Positions 35,891 through 49,600 of a DNA stretch of 64,000 nt are shown here, piece after piece; position 1 is the first letter of the stretch; every line of letters begins with the position of its first letter. The stretch lies in NCBI RefSeq assembly GCF_963921235.1, contig NC_086097.1:51028001-51092000 (forward strand), in the 5' to 3' direction. Both the position numbers and the translations under genes were made by a program. This DNA comes from Mobula hypostoma (lineage: Eukaryota). A model generated the notes under the pieces. It made no database searches. It was not told the origin of the DNA and saw only the letters and a list, made by a program, of their open reading frames with translations.

Positions 35891-38467
35891 CTTGCGGCTG
35901 ATCCAGTTCAGTTTCATTGGTGTCTCCATCCCAGATATTAATGGTGTGGAACTTGGTGACTCCTTTGGGACAGCTTAGCAAAGTACACAGCTGGACTGAT
36001 GTAGAAGTCCTCAGTTCTCAGGGCACCCATCCTTTGCTGTAAACAGTGCATTCATTCTGTGTATTGTTCTCCATGGTGTGAATCAAATTGACTAAATAGT
36101 GGCCTCTTGTGATGCTGAGGACCAAAGAAGGAGACCAAGATGGAATATTTGCTTGGCATTTCTGAGGATGGTTGTAAATGTTTCAGGCTTGCCCATTTCA
36201 CTCACCAGCTGATCTGTGCTGTTGCTGAAACTAAACATGTTAATTGAGTCTTTCTCATCCATTGACTGTATAGTTTTCCATTAGCAGTTATGCCTGGATA
36301 GGGCTGAACTGCCGACCTTAGTTGAACTTTGTTCCTTTTCTTGTTCTAATTGTGTTCTGTTTTGTAAAAATTGTGCTTAATTTATGATTGTTCTTCTTTC
36401 GAATGCTGTTTGCCAGTGATGCTGTTAACACATAATTTTATCATTGCACCTTTGCATACATGTACTTGTACATATAACAATAAATTCAATTTTGATTTTG
36501 CCATTGCTGTATGGCATGTATATAATCAGAATCAGGTTTATTATCACTGGCATGTGACGTGAAATTTGTTAACTTAGCAGCAGCAGTTCCATGCAATACA
36601 TAATATAGAAGAGAAAAATAAATAAAATAAAATATTAAATAAACAAACAAATATATAGCAAATATGTAATCGTGTGCTCACTTGGATTGCACCTTGGCCT
36701 TCAGTGTAACTGGTAACATTGAAGCTCCTCAATGGAACAAAGTTGTTCTTCTGGCTCAGTGATAATGATAAGGGAGGGATGCAAAGACCACTAACTTGCA
36801 CATTATGGAGGAATATGGTTGCTCATGGTCCACATTGCCTCAGGGATACCCAGTTTTGAGTTGTGTCTGTTCTGTGTTTACCCTATTCAGCATAATTTCC
36901 CTTGTACTCGTGCACACCAACTCCAGAGTCCTATCTAGCAATTCTATCTTTCTGGACTTGACCATCCCTGTCAAGAGTGCTGTCATCAGGCACTTTTTTG
37001 ATGAATGCTGAATATATTCTGTGCTCTTGTTTGTCTTGGTATTTCTTCTATGAAGAGGACAAATTCAACAGCTGAAAAAATCAGAGGGTTCCCTTGAATT
37101 GTTTGATCTGATGCCCTGAGACCTAACAGGGTGTGAGTCAATGTTGAGAACTCTCAGTGTCACTCTGTTCCTGCACCCTCGACTTCAGAGTGTCTGTTCC
37201 AAAGACCATGATGGAAGAGTGACAGTCACTGACTGTAAGGTACGCTATTTGTAAATGTTTCTGCGTAACGCTTGACAAGCCTCTGAAATGGTTCTTCATT
37301 ACAAGTCCCCAGTTGTTTGTAAGGAGAACATTGCAGGGTTGGCTGGACAGGGTGTGCTTTTTGTTGGTGACAAGGTCAGTATAAGTGGCCCATACACTTT
37401 GATTCTTATTGCAATTTGTTTAGTGACTTGATACAATTGAATGAATTGTAAATGTATTTCAGAGAGTAGGTAAGAGTTTTTACTATATTGCCAGGAATCA
37501 CATACAGCAAGGTAAGAATGTTGGATTTTTCTCCCTAATAGACACTGGTGAATCAGATTGTTTTTATGACAAGCTGTTTCATAGTCACATTACTGACAAT
37601 ATCTTCTTATTTCAAATTATTTGGTGATTTTAAGAATCTCTGATTATCTGTTGGGACAGAAAACCCATCCCTAGACTATTGGTTTGCACTTCTCATTGAC
37701 TGATCCAGTGTTCATAACACCTGTTCTTCTTTCTCATATTTTTTTACAAAGACCAAATTCCACCATTGTAATATGAATGTATAATGTGGACAAATACTCC
37801 AGTGCAAATCTACTTGAATGCTGCATTACATAAAATGCTGAGATCTTGTATGTTGGTCCAGGTAGATGTTAAAGCTCCCATAAAGAAGATGGCCTGGCTA
37901 AGCAAAGTATAAAAACACAAAACACACACACACACACACACACAAATTTGGTGGAACGAACAGTGATGAAGAACTGCCAATTTTGTTTGGTTAGTCTCTG
38001 AACTTCAAAAGTAATTTATTATTCAAAATATATTAAAGCATTTCAATTGTGATCAAGTGCCAAAATAAATGCCGGTATTGCTTTGAGATTGAGCAACCAG
38101 AATATCTCAACAACTTTCTCTTTAAGTATATTTTACAGCTCAGAAATGTATTAATACTAAATTAAATAATTCCACACTGAATGTAGTCCAGTGAAAAATA
38201 ATTGCCCCAACTCAGTACTAATAATAATTTAATGTGGATCATTGAATTATATGAGAAAATGCTGGTTAGTAAAAGTCAACAAACTTCTGGGTGTGGCCCT
38301 TTTCTGTTTTGGGAATGATATGTATCTGAAACCTATTCATTTCCTGAGCAGGGTTTGGATTGACTCAGTATTTCCAGCGTCATCTACCTTTGTTTTCAAA
38401 CTTCTTTTTTCTTTTTCCTTACCTTATTGAGCTTGTAGGTATTTGGCTCAGTGGCAGCATTTTCATC

Positions 38468-39690
38468 TCAAAGTCAAAGTAAAGTTTGTTGTCATATGCA
38501 CAAGTATAAACAACATTCACTGAAGTTTTACAAGACAGAACACAATTGAACCAAAACAAAAATCCATTGTGGGAAGAAGTGATCAAAGTCAGCATCGTGT
38601 CACTAAACTCAAGCGTTTTGGGTTGTGCTGGTTGATTCAAGAACTGAATGGTTGAAGGGTAAGTAGCTGTTCTTGAGCCTGGTGATGTGTGAGGGACTTC
38701 ACGCTTCTGTACCTCTTGCCCAGTGGTAGGTACGAGAAGGTGACATGACCTGAATGGTGCAGATCTTGATGGATGCTCCTCCCGGAGGCAGCGCTTTCTG
38801 TAGGTGCCAATGATGGTGGTGAGAGATGTGCCTATGATGTTCTGGGCAGAGTCCATTACTCCCTGCAGCTTCTTGCATCCCTGAGCAATTGAATTTCCAT
38901 ACCAGACAGTCATGCAACCAGTGAGGATGCTTTCAACCATACATGTGTAGAACTTTGTTAGTATTTGGTGACAAACTGAACTTCCTAAGAAAGTAAAGAC
39001 GTTGGAACACTTTCCTAGTGGTTGCATCTACGTATGTGCTGGGTCCATAAGACCATAAGACCATAAGACACAGGAGCAGAATTAGGCCATTCAGTCGATT
39101 GAGACTATTCCGCCATTCCATCATGGCTGATCCTGGATCCCACTCAACCCCATACACCTGCGGTCTCACCAGATCCTTTGTTACCCTGACTGATCAGGAA
39201 ATGATCAACTTCCGCCTTAAATATATGCACGGACTTGGCCTCCTCTGCAGTCTGTTGCAGAGCATTCTACAGATTTACTGTTCTGTGGCTAAAAAAAAAA
39301 TCCTCCTTACCTCTGTTCTAAAGGGTCACCCCTCAATTTTGAGGTTGTGCCCTCTAGTTCCGGATACCCCTACCATAGGAAACATCCTCTCCTTTCTAGT
39401 CCTTTCAACATTTGGTAGGTTTCAGTGAGGTCCCCGCCCCCGCACTCTTCTAACTTCCAGTGAGTACAGGCTCAAAGCTGCCAAACACTCTGTGTGTTAA
39501 CCCCTTCATTCCTGGAAACTGCTTTGTGAACCTCCTCTGGACAGGACAGATCATCCATATGTTACTGTCCAGGAATTTAAAGCTGCTGACTCCCTCCACT
39601 GCCAGTCCTCCTATGTAGACTGGTTTGTGTTTGCCCTTTTCCCCCTACCTGAAGTCAAAAATCAGCTCTTACTTTTATGACATTGAGCAA
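38468..39690 (-). mobile_element. Rex1/Babar LINE 3' fragment with a nested CR1 3' fragment (about 39045-39542, minus strand)
   Basis: FYTCMVESILTGCMTVWYGN...KKLQGVMDSAQNIIG; the CR1 insert has a (TCTTATGG)n tail at 39045-39069. Confidence 0.85.
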
Positions 39691-40269
39691 GAGGTCATCA
39701 CACCACACAAGCAGGTGCCCTATTTTGTTTTGGTAAGTCACTTGGAGTTAGTTTCTGGGTTTAAGTCACTTTTGCCCAGCCAAATGTTGTCAGGTACTTT
39801 TTGGATGGGGCTGTAAAATAGCAGCTACAAAAGTTACTAAAGTATCAAAATGTCAGTATATTTCTCTCTGAGTCCTTTTATGTACTTGGTTCATGTATAC
39901 TTTAAATTGGTTTGCTCAAACCTTTGGAAGGTCCAAGCAGATTATTGACTAAAACTGTTTTCATATTTGTGCACACGTGTGATTCTGGAGGTCCTTGACC
40001 ATGTACAGTGATGTGATATATGCCAACAGAAGATCTGTGAAAACACAATCTAATCTCAAATGAAAAGTTGGAGCTTACTTTATTTACAGAGCCAGAACCT
40101 TCTCAGTTCCCTGCCAGGGACACTGATCTACTCAACTTCCTCTAGCAGATATGTCCTTTGATCTTCCATCACTTAAGGGTGCTGTACTACTGATGTTCTT
40201 AACCCCTCTAGTCATCTCCATGACACAGTGCCCCCGATTATCTGGTTGATCCCGCCCTCAAATCTTCAT

Positions 40270-41125
40270 TACTCAGATAAGTGTGAAGTGGTTCATTTCG
40301 GTAGGTCAAATTTGAAGACAGAATATAATGTTAATGGTAAGACTCTTGGCAGTGTGGCAGGTCAGCGAGATCTTGGGGTCCTTATCCATAGGACACTCAA
40401 AGCTGCTGTGACACTGTTGTTAAGAAGGTGTATGGTGTATTGACCTTCATCAACTTTGGGAATGAATTCAAGAGCCATGAGGTAATGGTACAGTTATATA
40501 AGACCTTAATTAGATCCCACGTGGAGTCACGAAGGGTCTCGGCCCAAAACGTCGACTGTACTTCTCCCTATTGATGCTGCCTGGCCTGCTGCCTTCCACC
40601 AGCATTTTGTGTGTGTTGCTTGGAGTACTGTGTTGAGTTCTGGTCACCTCACTACAGAAAGGATGTGGATACTATAGAGAGAGTGCAGAGGGGACTTACA
40701 AGGAAGTTGCCTGGATTGGAGGGTGTACCTTATGAGAATAGGCTGAGTGAACTTGGCCTTTTCTCCTTGGAGCGACGGAGGCTGGGAGGTGACCTGATAG
40801 AGGTGTATAAGATGATGAGGGGCATTGATCATGTGTATTGCCAGGGGCTTTTCCCCAGGGCTGACACGAGGGGGCACAGTTTTAAGGTGCTTGGAAATAG
40901 GTACTGAGGGGATGTCAGAGGGAAGTTTTTCACGCAGAGTGCTGGGCGCATTGAATGCACTGCCAGCGAAGGTGATAGAGGTGGATACAATAGGATCTTT
41001 TACTAGGTAGGTGTATAGAGCTTAGAAAAATAGAGGGCTATGCAGTAGAGAAATTCTAGGCAGTTTCTAGAGTAGGTTACATGGTTGGCACAACATTGTG
41101 GGCCGAAGGGCCTGTTATGTGCTGT
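40270..41125 (+). mobile_element. CR1 LINE 3' fragment
   Basis: DKCEVVHFGRSN and LEYCVEFWSPHYRKD...GDLIEVYKMM. Confidence 0.9.
40528..40620 (+). repeat. Penelope-type short repeat inserted into CR1 with TSD TGGAGT; 5'-truncated hammerhead motif
   Basis: TGGAGT(40522-40527) | CACGAAGGGTCTCGGCCCAAAACGTCGACTG...GTGTGTTGCT | TGGAGT(40621-40626). Confidence 0.85.
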
Positions 41126-41403
41126 AGATTTTGATGTTCTATGATCCAAACCTCAACAGATGACCATCTGCTCTGAACATCTGTATGACTTTTCCCATTC
41201 CATAATCGTCTCTCCAAATCCACCGAAAGGCCCTAACTCTCTCCCAGACTGCATTTCCCTTGCACTAGTACCATTTTGTTCATTGTGTCATGCACACTCT
41301 TTATAATTTGTTAACATTTATGTAATGTACGTTCATCATGTTTATAATATACTGTGCTGCTACTGCACAATCTTGATTTTCATGGCATTTGTACCCTGTG
41401 TGT

Positions 41404-41484
41404 CAGGGTTTCCCAACCTGTGGTCCAAACACCCCTCAATTCATGGTGGGACTTCACGGCATAAAAAAAGGTTGGGAAGCCTTG
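41404..41484. mobile_element. About 80-bp hAT-type MITE
   Basis: TIRs CAGGGTTTCCCAACCT / AGGTTGGGAAGCCTTG; homologous to 43564-43643. Confidence 0.6.
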
Positions 41485-41609
41485 TTGTTTATGTATGGCT
41501 ATGGCGATAAACTTGAACCTGTACACGGAGCTATGGCTCCACATCCTACTTTCAGTGCCATCTCCACAATAACAGATGATTGCAAAGGAAATGCTGCCTT
41601 TAATACATT

Positions 41610-43080
41610 GGTATATTGGTTTATCATTGTGTAAGAAGGCACAACGAAGAGATTGTATTGCATATTGTTTGTATAGATCAGTGCATTGAGGTACTTCAAG
41701 GTAAAACAATAAAAGAGTGCAGAATAAAGTGTTACAGTTGCAGAGAAAGTGCTCTGCAATAGACAGTAATGTAATCTTATATAGATAACAGTGAAATAGA
41801 AGCTGTCCTTGAGCTGGGTGGTGTGTGGTTGAGGATTTTTGTATGTTCTGTGGTTGGGAGGGGGAATGGAAGAGAGAATGACTGTGGTAGATATGGTCTT
41901 TGATTATGCTGGCTGCTTTACCAAGGCAGTGAAAAATACATCACTTGCATGACATAGTGAACCAAAATAACAGAACTGTATTCGTGCAAGTCGAGTCCAT
42001 AAAGAGAAAGCTGATTTCAGTGAAATACTGGACTGTGTCCACAACACTCTGCAGATTCTTGCGGGTACAGGCGGAGCAAGTGTCATACCAAGCGATGGTG
42101 CATCAATAAAAATTGTTAAGGGTCAAAGGGGACATGTCAAATTTCTTTCGGCTTCTGAGGAATGAGAGGCACCAGTGAGCTTTTATGGCTGTGGCAAAAG
42201 TGTACTCGCACCAGGACAAGTTATGGTAATGTTCACTCCTAGGAACTTGAAACTCTCACCCTCTTGACTTTTTCACCATTGATGTAAACAGGATGATGTG
42301 CATCACCCCCCACCCATCCCCCGAAGTCAATAATCAGCTCTTTTGCTTTGCTGACATTGACAGAAAGGTTGTTATCGTGACACCATGTCGATTAGGCTTC
42401 CTATCTCCTTCCTGTACTCCAACTCATCATTATTTGAGATACAGCCCACACACAGTTGTATCATCAGCTAACTTGTAGTTGGAGTTAGATCAGAATCTAG
42501 TGAGAATATATCGAGTAGCTAGGGGGATGAGGGCGCAGCCTTGTGTGGTACCACTGTGAGCATAATTGTGGCAGAAGCATTACTATCTACCTTTACTGAT
42601 TGCGGTCAGTTGGCCAGGAAGTCAAGGATCCTGTTGTCAAGCCCCACGTTTGGAGTTTGGAGAAGAGTTTGGTTGGAACTATTGTATTGAATGCAGAGCT
42701 GTAGCCAATAAACAATAACCTAACATAGGTGCTTTTACTGCTCAGATGTTCCAGGGATGAGTATAGGGCCAGGGAGAAGGCATCTGCCATAGACCTGTTT
42801 TGGTGGTAGGTGAATTACAGTGTCTGGGAGGATGGAGTTGATGTGCACCATAACCAGCCTGTCAAAGTACTTCATGATGGATGTCAGAGCCCACCAGGCA
42901 ATAGTTGTTAAGGCACATTACCTAGTTTTTCTTAAATACTGGAATGATTGTAGCCTTCTTAAAGCAGGTGGGAATCACAGATTAAAGCAGGGAGATTGAA
43001 AATGTCCGCAAATACCCCCACCAGGATCTAAGCACACAAAAAGGAACATCATCTGTGCCACGTGATCTCTGTGGGTTCAA
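41610..43080 (-). mobile_element. Degenerate Rex1/Babar LINE (RT region to 3' end)
   Basis: ADAFSLALYSSLEHL...YVRLLFIGYSSAFNTIVPTKL; KLADDTTV. Confidence 0.85.
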
Positions 43081-43563
43081 CAAACCGTAAATTCTCCCTA
43101 GTTTGTTAGTTAGGTGGCAGAATATGGGAGGAGTTGACGGGAATGTGGTAAAAGTAAGAGATTAATGTAGAGTTGATGTAAATGGGTGGTTGATGGTCAG
43201 CATGGATTTGACGGTCAGAATGGCCTTTTCTATGTTGTATCTCTTTATGAATATGACTACATGAACCCTAGGCAGGTGTGCTGTAGAGCAGGTAACCCTC
43301 TGTGAGTGCTCACAATCAGGAGGCAAATCCAGGAGGTAAATCAGACCTCTAGGTTAATAATTGGCCACTTACTTTCAATTACTTTTCTTACTTATGACAT
43401 AGTTATATCTCTAGAGGGTAGATTAACATTATAAACATTTTCAAACTTGGACACTGAACAAGATCATGGCTGATCTTCTTCAGAAACTTTCCTGCTCATT
43501 CTGTATATCTTGTGTTCTAAAATTCAAAATACTTAACAGCTGACCATTGACAGCTCTCTTGGA

Positions 43564-43643
43564 TGGGTGTTCTCAACCCGGGATCCATAGACCCCTTGCT
43601 TAATGGTATTGGTCCATGGCATAAAAAAGATTGGGAACCCCTG
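43564..43643. mobile_element. About 80-bp hAT-type MITE (second copy)
   Basis: ...GTTCTCAACC...CATGGCATAAAAAAGATTGGGAACCCCTG. Confidence 0.55.
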
Positions 43644-43767
43644 CTGTAGGGTATAAACATTGGGAGATTCTTGAAACTCCTAGTAAAAAAATTTCTCTGA
43701 ACTCTAAATGTTTAACCACTTATTTGATACCATATGTCATTCTAGACTCTTCAATATTCATCCCACC

Positions 43768-46377
43768 CAGGGCCGGATTAAGCTAGTGCGGGGCCTGTAG
43801 CGTATGTTATAAAGGGGCCCTAAATTTTAAAAATGCACTTAATTATTAAAACATAAATTATTTACTTGCATAGTAAAGTAATTAAATTTTTTCATTTGCT
43901 ATACAGCGAGATAATACGACAATTGACATTTCAGTAATAGTATTACTTACATGTAGGTATCAATTTCAAGTGTCAAAAGTAACAAAGCTACAATTTGAAA
44001 GTTAGATTTTCTGTATTTAGCATGAGCAAATTTGTTGATGGTACTGGAGATGTCTATTTTACGCAGAAGTTCATCTTCAATGCTCATTAGAGTGAGATTG
44101 TTCAATCTGTTTTGACCTATAGTGCTCCTTAGTTCAGTTTTAATCATTTTCAGTTTTGAAAATGAACATTCTCCACTGCAGTTGGTAACCATGATTGACA
44201 AATATATGCGCAAGGCATTTTCTACATTTGGAAACATGACTCCAAAGAATTGTCAGTTATCAAACGGTACAACTGTGACTCTACAAGGTCTTTTTTGGTG
44301 CCAATATGAGAAGCAAGATCAGTTTTCAACAGTTTAGTAAACTGCACAAATTCTTCATTAAGACTTTCTTCCAGATATGATTTAATAAGATTTGATGACC
44401 TCTTTATGATCTCTTCAGGTGTAAACGACTGTAACTGATGAAGGAATCCAAAAACACCATTCACCTTTAGATAAGCTTTCTGCCTTTTTGACAGGGCAGA
44501 AAGTAAGTTGTCAATATGGCAAGAAATGTTCGGCTTTTAAACTTCTGAGAAGGTGTTTGAGATTCAACAAGTGGATCAAGAGTGCTGGAGCTACTGAAAT
44601 CACCATATGTGCAATTTTGCTTGTGTTTTCTTCGAGTTTGCTGTTGGTAATCTTCACAGTCAGATCCCTGGCTTTTTGCTCAATGTCTGAAAAAGTAGAT
44701 CGCATAGCTTGAATATATCCATGCAAGGGTTCATAGAGTGCACAAGCTGTGTTCAAGTCTTGGCCAGAAGATTGCAAAGAAGCACTGGTCATTTGAAAAC
44801 GCTGTAATACTTGATCCCACAATATGATCATTATTCCTGTTTCCAACTTCATCATGGTTGAAAGTAGTCCACGAGCCTGTTGTCGACATTCTGCCTTCTG
44901 ATCATTGTTATTTGAAGTGTCATCCAAGACTTGTTTTATTGCAGCAAAGCTGTGTAAAAGTGCTTTAGTTGCATCTGCACGAGCTGACCACCTGGTATCT
45001 GACATTCTTTTCACAATGGACAAATGAGCACCACCATCAGATAATGCAGCAGAAAGGAGATCCCACCGATAAGTAGAAGCAGAAAAAAATGTGTACAGGC
45101 TTTCTACAAATTGAAAGAAAATTAATGCTTCTTGACAACATTCAGCAGTCCATTTTCCAACCAAATTTAGTGAATGTGCAAAACATGGAATGTAATCTGC
45201 AAACTCATTCAGCTCTTTAATTCGTGCTTGTAAGCCACTATACTTGATGGTATTGTCATAACTTCGACCACAGCAGTCTTTTATATCAATGTCATTTTCC
45301 TTTAAGTCAAGTAAACTTTGAGCGAGCTGTTCAGCACTATGACCCTCCATATCCAAAAACTTCACAATTCTTTCATCTGGTCCAGACAGCAAAACATAGC
45401 GCACAGTCAAAGTCAGCTGGTCCACATTAGATATATCTGGAGTAGAATCCAATGAAACAGAATAATACTTGTATTTCTACACTTCACCGATAATGTGATC
45501 CAATATGCTGGATCCAATCAGATTGATGAATTCTTCACATGTTGTTTTAGATAGGTATGATTTATGTCCCCTTCCTTGGTTTGCATGAGCATTTATACCA
45601 TGAAAACAGCAATGATCCAACACACGCCTGCACACACATACTGTACCATGCAGCATGCAGCTCCCCTGACATGAAAACAACAGCGTTGCCAGATCATCGT
45701 CGTCGTGGCGTGGATGAAATCAGAGTGTTGCGTTACCGGTAGGTACAAGGCAGTTTCTCTATTCGACAAAACAAGGTTACAGCAGGCAGAGACCCCTGGC
45801 AGAACAGGTCTAACCGCCTTGTGATTGAGGCTCGATATTTATTTGCTAGGCACAAAGGACAGTTCATAGTTACAATTATAGACAATTCTTTGAAGTTTTC
45901 ACATCTTTTGATTAAATTCATTCTACTGGCGCCAGTATGCCTAAACTGGAATTCATGGCCTTCAGGAATGCAAGTTACAATCCATAATACATTATTTGGT
46001 ATGTTACGTGCTAACACAGAGGACAATTCATATTCAAAAGCATAGATATGGTGTCTTCACAACTACCTGTAAACTTAGCATTCTTGTCTCAGAGGTGCCA
46101 GAGATACATTGTTACAAATGAAACTGGGTTCACAAATTTTAGGAAATGCATTGTTATGAACTCAATCCACAGTATTTTGTCAAAGAACAGAAGACTGATG
46201 GCTGGAGTCATTTATTATTTAAGTGTAAATGAATCGTCTACCCAAAACTCACTCTAACAGTCGTGAGAATACGATTTCACCAGACTGCTGCTTGCAAGCA
46301 TTTAGTGCGGGCGGGGCCCTTGAAAATGCGGGGCCCGTAGCATTTGCTACTTTTGCTACTAGGTTAATCCAGCCCTG
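43768..46377 (-). mobile_element. hAT DNA transposon (Tip100/Zaphod, ZMYM1-like transposase pseudogene) with TIRs and an 8-bp TSD
   Basis: TIR CAGGGCCGGATTAAGCTAGT / ACTAGGTTAATCCAGCCCTG; TSD ATCCCACC at 43760-43767 and 46378-46385; motifs DSTPDISNVDQL, CFAHSLNL, SDTRWSAR and VTNCSGECSFSKLK. Confidence 0.95.
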
Positions 46378-46694
46378 ATCCCACCTTTCCTCTTTAAAAT
46401 CCAATGTGTTTCGATGAGGTTTTGTTTTGTTCATAAGATATGAACATTGATGGTAAGACCAGAGTTAATTGTTGGTCCATTACTATTGTTACATACCTCG
46501 TGGGTATCTTGTAACTGCCTTATGACCATGATGTAATGGTCTTGTGATGGTGGGGTGATGTAATTTTCCCGCCATTGTGAGGTCACGTGATGACATGCTC
46601 TCAACAGGTATATAAAGGGAAACCCCTGGTGTGACGCAGTTAGTTTCGTTAGTTCATCAGTAACTCCGTTATGCTGCGTATTCATCTTATTTCA

Positions 46695-49600
46695 ACGTGT
46701 ACACCTCCGCCGTGCGGAGCGAGCAGCTAGTTGTCTTCGAGCAGCTCCCACAGCTGCTGGTGACGTCCCAGCCGATCGTTCTGGCCAGAGACTTCAACTG
46801 TACCATTGACTGCACCAAACGGTGAAGACAGCCAAGCTGTGCGACGCCTTTGGCACCCCCACAGGTGGAGCACAGCCACAAGCCACCTGGACACGATTGG
46901 ACGGCTCAGCCCGCTCCCGGATCGACTTCCTCTTCCTGTCAGAGCCCCTCACGGTCAGGTCCACCGACGTCACGCCGGTGTTCTTCTCTGACCACTGCCT
47001 TCTGAGAGCCACCTGTCTCTTACGGGAGGACCAGAAGGCAGGCAGGGGGACTTGGAAGCTGAATGTAAAGCTGCTGACCCCAGAGAACATCGAGGAACTA
47101 GAGAAGGAGTACACAGGTTGGAGAACCTTGAAAGCCTTCTTTGATTCCCCGGTTCACTGGTGGGAAGCCACCAAGGAGAACATCAAGAGGTTCTTCATTC
47201 GCAAGGGTATCCAGAAAGCAAGGCAGGAGCAGGGGGAACTGCGTAAACTCCAGACAGAGTTGCAGCAACTCCTCCTTCTGCAGTCGAAGGGGGTGGATGT
47301 CAGGGAGGAATTACGACAGGTGAAGGGCCGGCAAGCCCAGCACCTCGCCGCCGAATCCTCCAAGATCATCTTCCGATCAAGGGTCCAAACCGTGGAGCAG
47401 GACGAGACATGCTCACGCTTCTTCTTCCAAAAGGTGCACAGGGGGAGTTCTGTGATCCACAACCTTAAGGAAGAGGACGGCTCAGTCGCATCCTCGCAGA
47501 CCGACGTACTGAGGATCTGCAAGTCCTTCTATGCCGGTCCATACGACGAAAAGGCCACAGAATCCACAGCCTCCCGCAACTTCCTGTCGTCTATCACGCA
47601 GGTCTTAGACGGCGGCAAGCGGGAGAGTCTGGATCAGCCACTGACCCTGGACGAGTTGACAGGCTCCATCCGTTCCTTTGGATCAGGTAAGACTCCTGGA
47701 GACGACGGCTTACCGGCTGAGTTGTACTCGGCTCTGTGGAATTGGATGGGCCCAGACCTGCTGGAAGTGTACAACGCTATGCTTCTGGCCGACAGTATGT
47801 CTGAGTCCATGAGGAAGGGCATCATCACCCTCATCTACAAGCAGAAGGGGGAAAGGGAGGACATTAGAAACTGGAGGCCCATATCACTCCTGACCGTGGA
47901 TTATAAGATCCTGTCCAAGGCTATCGCCAACAGGGTCAAGTCTGCTCTGGGACAGGTGATCCACCCGGACCAAACCTGTGCTGTACTGGGCAGGAAGATC
48001 TCAGACAGCCTCGCGCTGCTGAGGGACACCATCGCCTACGTGCAGGACAGGGGGGTGAATGCCTGCCTAGTCAGCTTGGACCAGGAGAAAGCCTTTAACC
48101 GGATATTGCACACGTACATGGTGGACGTGCTCTCCAAAATGGGATTTAGGGAGGGAATCCGGAATTGGATCAGACTGCTCTACACAGACATCCGTAGTGC
48201 AGTCCAAGTCAACGGGTGGGAAACAGACAGCTTCCCCATCAGGTCTGGAGTCAGGCAGGGCTGTTCCCTCTCCCCTGTCTTGTTCGTGTGCTGCATAGAA
48301 CCCTTTGCCGAAGCCATCAGGAGGGATGAGGGCATAAGAGGGGTGACGCTGCCAGGCAGTGGAGGGACCCAAGTGAAAACCTCCCTGTACATGGACGATG
48401 TCACCGTCTTCTGCTCTGATACGAGGTCAGTTCGCAGGTTGATTGGCATCTGCGAACAGTCCGAGCTAGCATCGAGGGCCAGGGTCAACCGCACGAAGAG
48501 TGAAGCCATGCTCTTCGGCAACTGGCACGACAGACCCAGTGTCCCCTTCACCATCAGGTCTGATCACGAGAAGGTGTTGGGGATCTGGTTCGGAGGGGCT
48601 GAGGCATGCAGAAAGAACTGGCAGGAATGGACTGCCAAGGTGAAACAGAAACTGGGACTGTGGGGAGGGCGCTCCCTGTCGATAACGGGCAAGAACCTGG
48701 TCATCAGGTGTGAGATGCTCTCAGGGCTGCTGTACTTGGCGCAGGTGTGCCCCGTCCCCTGCTCCTGCAGCTCGGAAATCACCCGAGCTGTCTTCAGATT
48801 CGTCTGGGGATCCAAGATGAAGCGGGTGAGATGGACCGTCATGCACAAGGCCCTGGACAACGGGGGCAAGAACGTCCCCAATGTCGCCCTCACCCTGATG
48901 GCCAGCTTCGTGTGTGGCTGCATCAGGCTGTGCATAGATCCCAGATACGTGGGCACGAAGTACCACTATGTGCCCAGGTTCTACCTGTCGCCCTGGCTAC
49001 GAAGGATGGATCTGGCCCCTTTCCCGTGCAACACCCCTGTCAGCTGGTCGTTGCCTCCATACCTGTCCTTCGTAGAAAAATTCTCCAAGACCAACGCATT
49101 TGACCACAAGGCCATAAGACAGTGGTCAGCACGTACTGTCCTGCAGGCACTGCAAGAGAAGGACGAGGTGGACACAGTGGGGTGGTTCCCTGAGCAGACT
49201 GTCCAGTTCATCTGGCAAATTGCCTCATCGCCAGATCTCACCAACAGGCACAAAGACCTCGCCTGGCTGGCAGTGAGAGGGGCCCTCCCAGTCAGATCCC
49301 TCCTGTACGCCCGGAATGTCGTCTCCGTACCCCACTGCCCACGGGAGGACTGCAGTGAGGAGGAATCGGTGACTCACCTCTTTGCACACTGTGGGTTCGC
49401 AAAGAAGGTGTGGAGGAGATTGGAAGGGACAGTGCTAAGATTCATGCCCAGCAGCTGCGTTACCGAGGACTCCATGATCTACGGGCTGTTCCCGGAGATG
49501 CACACGGAGACAAACATCCGGTGCTGCTGGCAGATCAACAATTCAGTGAAAGACGCGCTTTGGTCTGCCCGAAACTTGGTGGTCTGCCAGCACATGGAGA

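Noticed and set aside
43947..45452. Domesticated ZMYM1-like host gene
   Set aside because: It has multiple frameshifts and is enclosed by TIRs and a TSD, so it is a decayed transposon.
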